From contig CAZEGK010000001.1 in the NCBI GenBank assembly GCA_964512205.1, positions 68,770 to 132,769 on the forward strand: a stretch of DNA of 64,000 nt. Direction: 5' to 3'. The notes under the pieces are model-generated. The model was not told the DNA's origin. It worked only from the letters and a program-made list of their open reading frames with translations, and ran no database searches. The position numbers and the translations under genes are program-made. Position 1 is the stretch's first letter. Each line of letters begins with the position of its first letter. Below are positions 1-8,898 of this stretch, piece after piece. Origin of the DNA: an uncultured bacterium (GTDB taxonomy: Bacteria > Chlamydiota > Chlamydiia > Chlamydiales > FEN-1388).

Positions 1-1
1 G

Positions 2-709
2 AAAGAATCAACAGCGGCAGCTCTAAAACCGGATGAGAAACCTAAAGCTGTTGCAAACGTCATCCACTCCCCTGAAAAAGTCAAAGAAAAGCTCACAGAA
101 AAAGAGCATGATCACGTTGTTGTAAAAGAAGTAGAAAAAGACGAGAAAAAAACAAAGGCAAGCGACGACATATCACCAAAAGTTGCATTTCATGATATAA
201 AAACTCCCGTCGCCGATGCTAAAAACGTAATTGGCATGGCATCTACCCCTCATGTCGCTTCAGTTTCTCAAGCTGCTCCCCCCCCTCATCAGGTATCTAA
301 TGCAAGACTTGCCATGCAGGAGCTTGCAAAAGCTATGGTCGATCAGATCCAGCTTGTAAAAGTCTCTGGCAGAACTGATACAACAATTACAATAAAACAT
401 CCCGGCATGTTTGAAGGCGTAAAAGTTAAAGTATCAGAGTATGACATCGCCCGCAAGCAATTCAACGTTACCTTTGGAGACATCACTAATCCAACAGCTC
501 GCGCACTCATCGAACAAAAAGATAACCAGCTTCGCCTTCAGCAGCTGCTTATCGATAGAGGCTACACAGTACAAATGATCACAATAGAACAAAAGATACC
601 AGGCCTCAGTTCAACTGAAACCGGCGATGTAGCTCTTGGAAAACAAGGCCAAGGCCCCCAAGATGAAACCGGCTCCGCTACAGATCAGGGTGAAGGCAAC
701 GTTACCTAA
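2..709 (+). CDS. T3SS needle-length/substrate-switch protein candidate (SctP/CdsP-like), 5' partial
   Basis: The frame of ORF 236..709 stays open back to base 2, so the gene enters from upstream of the window. It has a Lys/Glu-rich N-part, then a C-terminal block TITIKHPGMFEGVKVKVSEY..FNVTFGD..LRLQQLLIDRGYTV that resembles the FliK/YscP T3S4 pattern. It lies directly upstream of sctQ, as CT671 does in Chlamydia. Confidence 0.45.
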   Translation, partial: KESTAAALKPDEKPKAVANVIHSPEKVKEKLTEKEHDHVVVKEVEKDEKKTKASDDISPKVAFHDIKTPVADAKNVIGMASTPHVASVSQAAPPPHQVSNARLAMQELAKAMVDQIQLVKVSGRTDTTITIKHPGMFEGVKVKVSEYDIARKQFNVTFGDITNPTARALIEQKDNQLRLQQLLIDRGYTVQMITIEQKIPGLSSTETGDVALGKQGQGPQDETGSATDQGEGNVT

Positions 710-797
710 CAAAAGACCACGGAGTAAGGGAGATTTATATTCTCTTTTTTTCCCCTTCATTTTAAGCGATCGGATATGCTATACCGAGAAATAGCTA

Positions 798-2093
798 ATG
801 AGGAACGATATCGTGGCCCTTCAAACTGAACAATCTACTCTTGCCTGGTCGTGGCTAAAAACTATAAGTCGAGATCTTTATGCGCTCGATCAAGCTCCCC
901 TTCTTGGAAAAGCTCCTGATTTTCCATGGGAAAGACTCGCTCAAGAATTTACACAAGTATTTGGTCTCGTAAATTTTTCGATAAAGCCCGGCGAGCTTGC
1001 GTGGAAAGAAAAAAAAGATGTCACAGCTAAAGTCGGCAGCGCTGTTTTTTGTACTGAGATTACAGCTACAGGCATGGAGGGAAGCTGCATTTTTCGCATT
1101 TTGCGAGAGGATGTGGAACACTTTATGGCAAAAGTGCTTCAAATCTCTGAAGTAGAATCTGAACTGCAAGCTGATGATGTCGTAACAAACTTTTATCGCT
1201 TTCTAAGCATAGAGACTATTTCCCTTATCAATAAAGTTGGATATGACCCTCGCATCTCCTTTAAAATCACCTCCTACGAAGAAAAAGTGCTAGATGCTGC
1301 CCTTTGTCAAGATGTAGAGATCCAGCTCGGAAGTGAAAAAATGCTTGCCCGACTCCTTATTCCAAAGGAATTTGCAGATTCCTGGCGCACGTTTTTCATG
1401 CAATCACCCGTCCAAAAAGCACATTTAGATGAGATTGAAACGACAATTCATCTTGAAGTGGGAAGAACCCTGCTGCCCCTTGAAGATATCCTCACTATTA
1501 AACCAGGTGATTTCCTGCTTTTCGATAAATACTATGGTGAAGAGCTTCTTATCACTTTGCATGGCAAATCACTATTTAGAGCAAGCCGTGATCCAAGCGG
1601 CCTCAAAATCCTTGAACTATCCTTACAAAACGAGGCAATTACCCCTATGGAAGAAAATGTAAGCGAAGCAGCTCAAGCTTCTCCAGAACCGATTCCAGTA
1701 CATGAAGATGAAAATCCATTTCCGGATGAAGAGGATGAGGATGATGCAGATGCAGGCCTTGAGCTTGTAGAAGCTGCTGCTAAAACCCCGCTGGAAGCTT
1801 CGCCAAAACCACAACAAGCTGAAGCAAAAGGGATATCTATTGCGAAGAGGCCAGAGCCAAAATCTGATAAACTCTCAGCAAATGACATACCTACACAACT
1901 TATCATTGAAGTCGCTTCAGTAAATCTTAGCGTGCAAAAGCTCCTAGATCTCTCTCCTGGCAATCTTTTGGACCTCAACCTTACACCGGAATCCGGTGTA
2001 AACCTTGTCGTAAATGGCCGCATTATCGGAAAGGGCGAGCTTGTAAAAATTGGTGAGACGATAGGCTGTCGCGTACTCCAAATTGGTGTATGA
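798..2093 (+). CDS. sctQ: T3SS cytoplasmic sorting-platform protein SctQ (CdsQ; FliN/YscQ family)
   Basis: C-terminal SpoA/FliN block LIIEVASVNLSVQKLLDLSPGNLLDLNL..VNLVVNGRIIGKGELVKIGETIGCRVLQIG. An acidic Pro/Glu linker precedes it. The stop overlaps the next start (ATGA at 2090-2093). Confidence 0.85.
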   Translation: MRNDIVALQTEQSTLAWSWLKTISRDLYALDQAPLLGKAPDFPWERLAQEFTQVFGLVNFSIKPGELAWKEKKDVTAKVGSAVFCTEITATGMEGSCIFRILREDVEHFMAKVLQISEVESELQADDVVTNFYRFLSIETISLINKVGYDPRISFKITSYEEKVLDAALCQDVEIQLGSEKMLARLLIPKEFADSWRTFFMQSPVQKAHLDEIETTIHLEVGRTLLPLEDILTIKPGDFLLFDKYYGEELLITLHGKSLFRASRDPSGLKILELSLQNEAITPMEENVSEAAQASPEPIPVHEDENPFPDEEDEDDADAGLELVEAAAKTPLEASPKPQQAEAKGISIAKRPEPKSDKLSANDIPTQLIIEVASVNLSVQKLLDLSPGNLLDLNLTPESGVNLVVNGRIIGKGELVKIGETIGCRVLQIGV

Positions 2094-3505
2094 GAGAGGC
2101 TTCTTCACTCCCTACATTTAAAAAAATAGGCAAATATACTGTCGAGGGACTTATTGTCCGCGGCAGTTTAAGCCTTCTCTACTTGGCAAGTGATCCAGAA
2201 ACGAAAGTTCCCCTTATCATCAAAGTCCTTTTGCCAAAGTACCTCTCCGATAAGGATGTCGTTGACCGATTTTTAAACGAAGCCCGCATCATATCGCTTG
2301 CTAATCATCCAAATATTGTCCAACTTACAGATTCCGGAACATGGGAAGGCGGCCTCTTCATTGCAATGGAATTTGTAAAGGGGACCTCGCTCAAAAAGAT
2401 CTTCCAACACCAGCCCTATACCTTAAAAAGGGCTATGGATGTTCTTTTGCAAATAGCATATGCGCTCAGCCATCTTCATACGCATGGCATCGTCCACGGC
2501 GATCTGAAGCCAGAAAACATCCTCATAAATGAGCATGGAGAGGTAAAGGTCATTGACTTCGGCATTGCACGACTCTTAACAGAAGAAAAAACAGAAAAGC
2601 CACAGCGCTTTTTGGGAACACCTATCTACATGAGTCCTGAGCTTGGCATCAATCCCGAGAGCATCTCGTTTCAATCTGACATATTTGCACTTGGAATCAT
2701 TGCCTATGAACTTGCTGTCGGTAAAATAAGCCATGGAAGAATCATCCTTTCTCTCGCACCAAAAGGGCTTCAAAAGCTACTTCAAAAGGCTTTGCAGCCG
2801 AGGCCGGAGGATCGATATATGGACATGTGTGATTTTATTACTGATCTTTCTGCCTACATAAAGTCACATGAGATCGAACGCGATAAGCAGGGATCCGATA
2901 AGTTTCTTGAAATATTTGAGAAGCTTGAAGAGATACAAAATAGCCTCATCACAAAAGATATCCCGGCATGGGCAGAGCTTGCAACACTACAAGGAATGGG
3001 ACTTCCGGGGCTCTACATCGATTTTTTCGAACGCGATGATAAGAAGCTGATTATTGTTGCAGAAAGCAAAAGAAATGAGATCCAAGGAGTCGTTTCCGCC
3101 TCTATCTTTAAAGCCTCTTTTCGAACGCTTTTATCTTTTGAGCACATTGCACTTGATGAAATTCCCAAAAAGCTTCAAATAGGAGATGATATTTCTTTTT
3201 GCTTTCTTATCGTCGATATGAAACAGCGAAAAGCAAGAAGTTATCATAACGGCTACGGGGTGCTAAAAAATTGTAGACAAACTGAGCAAATCAAAAATTC
3301 AAACCTGTACACTTCTGAGGCTTCATATAAAGAAGGAGAGACGCTCGTATTTGCAACTCTTCCTTTTGAAGAATACAGCAGCGCCGCACTTACTATTGAT
3401 GCTCAAGATGCAGATACAATTTTACGAAAGCTTGTGCTTACGCAAAAAGAAGAACCTCTTGCGGTTATTTTGATGAATTTTATGGAAAAAAATTGCCCTC
3501 TCTGA
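2090..3505 (+). CDS. pkn5: Hanks-type Ser/Thr protein kinase (Pkn5-like) with extra C-terminal domain
   Basis: Kinase motifs are present: LIIKVL (catalytic Lys), HGDLKPENILI, VIDFGIA, GTPIYMSPE. It sits between sctQ and sctC, as chlamydial pkn5 (CT673) does. Confidence 0.8.
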   Translation: MREASSLPTFKKIGKYTVEGLIVRGSLSLLYLASDPETKVPLIIKVLLPKYLSDKDVVDRFLNEARIISLANHPNIVQLTDSGTWEGGLFIAMEFVKGTSLKKIFQHQPYTLKRAMDVLLQIAYALSHLHTHGIVHGDLKPENILINEHGEVKVIDFGIARLLTEEKTEKPQRFLGTPIYMSPELGINPESISFQSDIFALGIIAYELAVGKISHGRIILSLAPKGLQKLLQKALQPRPEDRYMDMCDFITDLSAYIKSHEIERDKQGSDKFLEIFEKLEEIQNSLITKDIPAWAELATLQGMGLPGLYIDFFERDDKKLIIVAESKRNEIQGVVSASIFKASFRTLLSFEHIALDEIPKKLQIGDDISFCFLIVDMKQRKARSYHNGYGVLKNCRQTEQIKNSNLYTSEASYKEGETLVFATLPFEEYSSAALTIDAQDADTILRKLVLTQKEEPLAVILMNFMEKNCPL

Positions 3506-3561
3506 AATAAAGGAAGGCCATGAAATAGCAGTCATAAAATAATAAAGAGAAAGTTTACCAC

Positions 3562-6039
3562 ATGGCACGCAGTAAAGGATCCAAATTTTTACAACTCTGC
3601 ACTCTCTTTTTTGCTTCTGCATCATCTTTTGCAGTTTATGCATATGCGAGCAACCAGCCCTCAAGTATATCTTGGAGTACGACTGGCCAGGAAATTGCTC
3701 AGGCAGATACTATGCAGCAGGAAGAGTCGCCAGTTAACCTCTCTCAGGCACAAGCTGCTCCTCAAATACAAGCGCCTGCTGCTCAGCAGCAAGATATCGG
3801 TCCTGTTATAAACTTTAACAATGTTAGCATCACAGAATTTTTACGCTTTGTAAGCCGCCTGACCGGTAAAAATTTTATCTTTGACCCAACACTTGTTCAG
3901 TTTCCGGTCACAATTATTTCAGAAACTCCTGCAACGCTTGAGGATGTCCTTGCGGCATTGCTGCAAAACCTTCGCGTGCACGGCTTTTACCTTGTGGAAG
4001 AGGGAAATAACTTTCTTATCCACCAGTCTAACGATGTATTTGCGCCTGCCGGCATGTTGCGTGTCGATGAAAATGGAAAGCTCGCTCCTGAGATAGCTAC
4101 AGCAGTTTTTCAGATTTCTAACGTCTCCCCTGCCCGCATTGCAACAATCCTTAAGACAATGAGCACTAAAGATGCCATCATTGAGACAATGGAAGAGACC
4201 ATGCGGATTGTTGTAACGGATATCGTTGCAAACATCCAAAAATTTTCAGACCTCATCAAAAAACTCGATGTGCCAAATAGCGGCCTAGATATTGGCCAGT
4301 ATGTTGCACTCAACAACTCTCCGCTTGCCCTCATATCAGTTGCACAGCGTATCGTCACCCCTATCGCACAAGATAAAACACTTATCATGGTGCCCTATCA
4401 GGCATCTAATAGCATTTTCATTATCTCAACGCCCTATCTTGTGGAAAAAACGCTTTCTGTCCTTCAGTCGCTTGACTTAAACCAAACCACATTTGGTCTT
4501 CTAAATATAGATCAGATGAAGTTTGATATGGAAGCTGCTGAGCGCGCCCAAGAGATGCGCTCAAGGGAAGCAGAAAAGCAGCAAAAAACCCCAATACCTC
4601 TTACGCAAGAAGAAATAGATACCTTTACCGCCCGTGAGAGAAATGCCATCCTTGCTGCAAAGGGTTTTACACCTGAACAGATCAGCAAGCTCTCATCAGA
4701 TCAGGTAATGCGTATCCTGCGCGAAAAAGGGTTAAGCCAAGAAGAGCGCCAAAAAATCTTTGGAGAAAAGAAGGGATTATACGAAAGCGAACTTCCACTT
4801 GGTCAGATCGAATCGACACAATTTCTTATCCACAGGCTGCAATATCGCAAGGCTGAAGATGTTGTTAAGGCTCTTCAGGCAATTGCTGTAAGCCTTAGCG
4901 GATCGCCTATTCAAGCTCAAGGAGCAGGAGCTGCAGGAAGAAACTCACTGCCGCCAAGCGACCTCGTTGTTACCTTAAATAGCGTACAGCCTATCATCGA
5001 AAATAACGCTCTCGTCTTTACAGGCACACGCGCAACGCTCCAACGTGCAAAAGATCTTATCAATCAAATTGATGTCCCGGTTCGCCAGGTATTTATCGAG
5101 GCATTAATACTTGATACTACCCTTTCCAATACACTTAACTTTGGTGTTGAATGGGCTGCTAAGTATCAGTCAAAGAATTATGCCTACTCTGCAGGCTTTT
5201 TAAATGGTCCTGGATCTGGCGGACAAAGTGCCATACAGGTGCCGCTTGCAGCAGTAACACTGCCAAACCCGGTCCCTACAGTTCCACCTACTACTCTTAA
5301 TGCCCTTCCTCTTAGTGAAGGCCTTAGCGGAACGGCGATCGGCCGTAAAATCAGGCATCATGGCCAATCCTTTATGAGCTATGCGGCATTTTTGGACTTT
5401 TTGAGAACTGACAATGATGTAGAACTTATCCTCAATCCTAAGATTGTTACAGAACATAATGTGCCAGCAGAGATTTTCGTTGGACAGCAGGTGCCAATCA
5501 AAGGGCAATCGATTGTTAACTCAACGGCAAGTAACACCACAAACACCGTCTCCACAAACTATGAAACGGTACAAACCGGTGTTGACCTTAAGGTAACTCC
5601 ACTTATTAGCTCCGGAGATATGGTCACGCTGATTATCCAGCAGACAATAAGCAATGCAAACTCCACACAGGTCGCAAACCAGGGTAATAACAACGCCCCT
5701 CCTGCAACCATTAATGAAACAAGAACCACTACCCGTGTTCACCTTCCTTCTAACTATTTCTTGTTTATGAGTGGAATGTTGCAAACACAGGTAACACGTC
5801 AAGTAGACACAATACCTCTCCTTGGCGGCTTGCCTATCATCGGCTATTTTTTTAACAACAAGAACATCCAAGATTCTAGACGCAATATCATTATGTATAT
5901 TCGTCCTAGAATCATCGATACTCCTATTGATATTGAGCAAGTAACCGTAACTGAAGAGCGCGTCTGGAACGAGTCCTGCGACCGTGCAGGCGGCTGGCGC
6001 AAGCAGCTCAACGACCTCAAAGAGCTTCTCAACTTCTAA
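3562..6039 (+). CDS. sctC: T3SS outer-membrane secretin SctC (CdsC)
   Basis: Signal peptide FFASASSFAVYAYA, N-domain NVSITEFLRFVSRLTGKNFIFDP, and secretin core VRQVFIEALILDT..IPLLGGLPIIGYFF..IIMYIRPRII. Confidence 0.9.
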   Translation: MARSKGSKFLQLCTLFFASASSFAVYAYASNQPSSISWSTTGQEIAQADTMQQEESPVNLSQAQAAPQIQAPAAQQQDIGPVINFNNVSITEFLRFVSRLTGKNFIFDPTLVQFPVTIISETPATLEDVLAALLQNLRVHGFYLVEEGNNFLIHQSNDVFAPAGMLRVDENGKLAPEIATAVFQISNVSPARIATILKTMSTKDAIIETMEETMRIVVTDIVANIQKFSDLIKKLDVPNSGLDIGQYVALNNSPLALISVAQRIVTPIAQDKTLIMVPYQASNSIFIISTPYLVEKTLSVLQSLDLNQTTFGLLNIDQMKFDMEAAERAQEMRSREAEKQQKTPIPLTQEEIDTFTARERNAILAAKGFTPEQISKLSSDQVMRILREKGLSQEERQKIFGEKKGLYESELPLGQIESTQFLIHRLQYRKAEDVVKALQAIAVSLSGSPIQAQGAGAAGRNSLPPSDLVVTLNSVQPIIENNALVFTGTRATLQRAKDLINQIDVPVRQVFIEALILDTTLSNTLNFGVEWAAKYQSKNYAYSAGFLNGPGSGGQSAIQVPLAAVTLPNPVPTVPPTTLNALPLSEGLSGTAIGRKIRHHGQSFMSYAAFLDFLRTDNDVELILNPKIVTEHNVPAEIFVGQQVPIKGQSIVNSTASNTTNTVSTNYETVQTGVDLKVTPLISSGDMVTLIIQQTISNANSTQVANQGNNNAPPATINETRTTTRVHLPSNYFLFMSGMLQTQVTRQVDTIPLLGGLPIIGYFFNNKNIQDSRRNIIMYIRPRIIDTPIDIEQVTVTEERVWNESCDRAGGWRKQLNDLKELLNF

Positions 6040-6053
6040 CTTCTTCTTATTAT

Positions 6054-6092
6054 GACCTTCATTGCCAATTGTTTGCGCGATGAAGGTCTTTT
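6054..6092 (+). terminator. Rho-independent terminator candidate after sctC
   Basis: GACCTTCAT (6054-6062) pairs with ATGAAGGTC (6080-6088) around a 17-nt loop, followed by TTTT (6089-6092). Confidence 0.55.
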
Positions 6093-6185
6093 GCTACCTC
6101 TAATTAATTTCAAATAAATTAAAAATAGTAGTTTAATAATATTATCTTTTTTGTTACTTATTTGAATAAGTGCTACTAAGATACT

Positions 6186-7625
6186 ATGGACCCTCTAACT
6201 AATTCTGCAGATACTATATTACCTAGTTTTATTACCTTTTCGCTAAATACGCAGCCAACTCGGCCACGCTCTCTCTCACTTTGTGGAGCAGATGAACTTC
6301 CGACAAGATCTTCACCTACAGCAAGAAATAAGCTGATTCAGGCTCTTGAAAACCGCACACTTCATAACATCCAAAAGGATGCTGAGGAATTTCCACCCTT
6401 TGAGCTTGCGCTCTACATTCAGGCAATTCTTACAGAACCCTTTATTGCAGACAGAAAAGAGCATCTTGCACGCTGTATTCTTAAGCTCTCAATTGCATGT
6501 ACAACGATGAATACCTGCTCCCGATCCAGCTGGAAAGCGCTTACAAATCTTCTTTCGCAGTGTAAAAAACCAGACTTACAACAACTTGCCGCATTTTTAA
6601 AAGACGATCCTTTGACAAGCCTTTGCAGAGTTGATGCTGATTTTTTAAGTCCTACCTGGAATAGGCTAGCACGATCCTATGCTCTCTGGGAGTGTGAGCT
6701 TCAAGACATCCTCATAGAGAAGACGCTCGTCACATGGCTTATAGAACAGCCCTCTATCGCTCATGCAACTGTTGCGCTGATCTTTTGTGCCCAGCTTTTC
6801 AATAAAAATAGCGCTGAAAGCTCTCTTGAGGAACTTGTTTGCGATCCATTTGTCCTAGATTTTATGCTCAAAGCTACCGGGCAAACGACTTCTACAACAG
6901 GGCCGTTTTCGCTCCTTAAAGAACTAAACTTGTGTAGTGAAAATAAAAATTGGGACTTCATGTCTAGACTCCCTCCACATTCACTCTCTCTTCTCGAATC
7001 AATTCTTAAAGAAACCTCTGAAACGTGGATAGATACTACTAAGCCAAAAGATGATACCGTATCTATTGTTTGCATCACCTCAAGACTTATTGAGCTTGCG
7101 CCAGAATGTGACGTTGTTGTTTTTTCTAAACTGACTGGCCTTATTGATGACTTGCTAAAGCGCTATCATTTTACACTAGGAAATCTGAAAAAGACCCTAC
7201 AAAGTCAGCTTCTTTCAAAGACGTGGAAATCCACGGCACTCTCGGCAACACCATTACAACTTGGTGAAACCTTTGATTCATTTAGTAAATTTTTTACTGA
7301 TATCGGCGAATATAGAGATGGCTTTTGCATAAAGTTTTTTACTGCGATTTTACGTAATTTTCAAGAAGTGGAAGCGCAAGCTCCCATCGAACACATGCAA
7401 AATAGCCAACTTATCGCAATAAAAGCAGCTGTTTTAGAACTGGGATTTAGGCTCTATACAATGATGTATTCAATAAAGGCAAAAGAAACGCTCTTTGGCG
7501 CCCTCCTTGCTACATTCAAGGAAAAAATAACTGATTCTTCGGAAGAATTTGATCTCTTTCTTTCAAATTTCGACCAGACACTAAGCTTTTCATACCTTGG
7601 TAACTATTATACAATCACCTTATAG
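6186..7625 (+). CDS. hypothetical protein, no recognisable domain (predicted all-helical)
   Basis: Long uninterrupted ORF after an AT-rich intergenic region. The N-terminus is Ser/Thr/Pro-rich and looks disordered (NTQPTRPRSLSLCGADELPTRSSPTARN). I saw no catalytic motif. Confidence 0.55.
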   Translation: MDPLTNSADTILPSFITFSLNTQPTRPRSLSLCGADELPTRSSPTARNKLIQALENRTLHNIQKDAEEFPPFELALYIQAILTEPFIADRKEHLARCILKLSIACTTMNTCSRSSWKALTNLLSQCKKPDLQQLAAFLKDDPLTSLCRVDADFLSPTWNRLARSYALWECELQDILIEKTLVTWLIEQPSIAHATVALIFCAQLFNKNSAESSLEELVCDPFVLDFMLKATGQTTSTTGPFSLLKELNLCSENKNWDFMSRLPPHSLSLLESILKETSETWIDTTKPKDDTVSIVCITSRLIELAPECDVVVFSKLTGLIDDLLKRYHFTLGNLKKTLQSQLLSKTWKSTALSATPLQLGETFDSFSKFFTDIGEYRDGFCIKFFTAILRNFQEVEAQAPIEHMQNSQLIAIKAAVLELGFRLYTMMYSIKAKETLFGALLATFKEKITDSSEEFDLFLSNFDQTLSFSYLGNYYTITL

Positions 7626-8850
7626 AGGCTTTTTCTAGAAGCTCTCGTGCAGATTGTCCAGCTGGATTTTTTACCACTTTTTTGATCGATCTTAAAAGGG
7701 TTAGCGTTTCACAAGATGAATGCTTCCGAAGCTGATCTATATGAATTGCAACCTCAGAAAGCATAAAACGAAGTTTTGAAACATATTTTAGCAGATTCAC
7801 AAATGTCTCATCTGGAGAAAGCGCAAACACCTCTTCTCTACGAGCCCGTAAGCGCTCCCTCAAAGAGTTGTAAATAGATGCATACGTATCGATTTTTTGC
7901 GAGAGCTCTTCTGACTGTCCGGGCGATATATTTCCTGCAATAACTTTAGTAAACAGTTTTTTTAATCGTTTGATGAGTCCAGGTAAAAGCTTTCCAAATT
8001 CTTCACTAAGCTCCTCTCCCTTTAAAAGAGTTATACTCTTTCGCCTGCAACATGCAAAGAAGCTAAATGGCTTTACGAGTACCACTGTTTTGTTGAGCGA
8101 CCTGCACTGTTTTTGGATATAAGCAAGATCACTTAGAACCACATTACCTACGGGAGCTACATTTAAGGACTTTTCATAGCGAGGTGTAAAATCGTGCGTT
8201 CGCTTTTCTTTATCAATAAATCTTTCATTGATATCTTCAAGTATACCCTGCAGTACATCATGCTGTTCATGCTGATTGGGAAGCTCTCTTAGCAAGGTCT
8301 CATACGAAATCTTTAACAGTCTAAGCAGTAGCAAAGCTACCCGCTTTGGAGAATCGCCGGCAAGAGCAACCAAGTCCTCATAGTTATTAAGAAGTTTTTT
8401 TATCTTTTCATCCAGCATGTTTGCCGGATTCATGACAAAAAGAAGGGTACCCATTGTTGCATTCAACTTCTCGTAGAGATCGCCAGGAGTCTCCTTTTCT
8501 GCAACATCAATGAGGGTTGCAGTTTGGTCAAGTAAACGAACTTTGCGATCAAGCTGCACAAGCTTTGTCAAAAAGGTTTCTGGATGCTCAACCTGTTTTA
8601 GAGATTGATAGGCATCTTGTATAGATTGAGCGAGATCTGATACGTGTGCTTTTGCCTCAGAGATCGCGTTTGACTGATAGTCTGCATAGAGCTCTTTAGC
8701 CTCTATGACTTCGTTCTTATATTCTTTATACCGACGCGAAATGAGTGAGAGCGTTTGAGAAAATTCTCTTGATGAAAGGGGAAAAAGTGGGTCCATGAAA
8801 TTTGAGCAACATAGTATTTGATATACCATATCGATACCCTCACCATCCAT
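7615..8850 (-). CDS. hypothetical protein, no recognisable domain
   Basis: 411-codon ORF convergent with 6186..7625, overlapping it by 11 nt. Alternative ATG starts at 8829 and 8796 would enlarge the divergent promoter region shared with der. Confidence 0.5.
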   Translation of the reverse strand: MDGEGIDMVYQILCCSNFMDPLFPLSSREFSQTLSLISRRYKEYKNEVIEAKELYADYQSNAISEAKAHVSDLAQSIQDAYQSLKQVEHPETFLTKLVQLDRKVRLLDQTATLIDVAEKETPGDLYEKLNATMGTLLFVMNPANMLDEKIKKLLNNYEDLVALAGDSPKRVALLLLRLLKISYETLLRELPNQHEQHDVLQGILEDINERFIDKEKRTHDFTPRYEKSLNVAPVGNVVLSDLAYIQKQCRSLNKTVVLVKPFSFFACCRRKSITLLKGEELSEEFGKLLPGLIKRLKKLFTKVIAGNISPGQSEELSQKIDTYASIYNSLRERLRARREEVFALSPDETFVNLLKYVSKLRFMLSEVAIHIDQLRKHSSCETLTLLRSIKKVVKNPAGQSARELLEKASIR

Positions 8851-8898
8851 AATATGTCAATAGCAAAAAAAGAGTTCAGCGTGTATACTTGTAGCCTT

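Noticed and set aside
8818-8898. N-terminal extension of der (MIYHIDTLTIHN...)
   Set aside because: Der homologues begin right at the G1 motif, and MKKIIRIALVGRPNVGKS at 8899 fits that pattern. The extension would also overlap the divergent gene.
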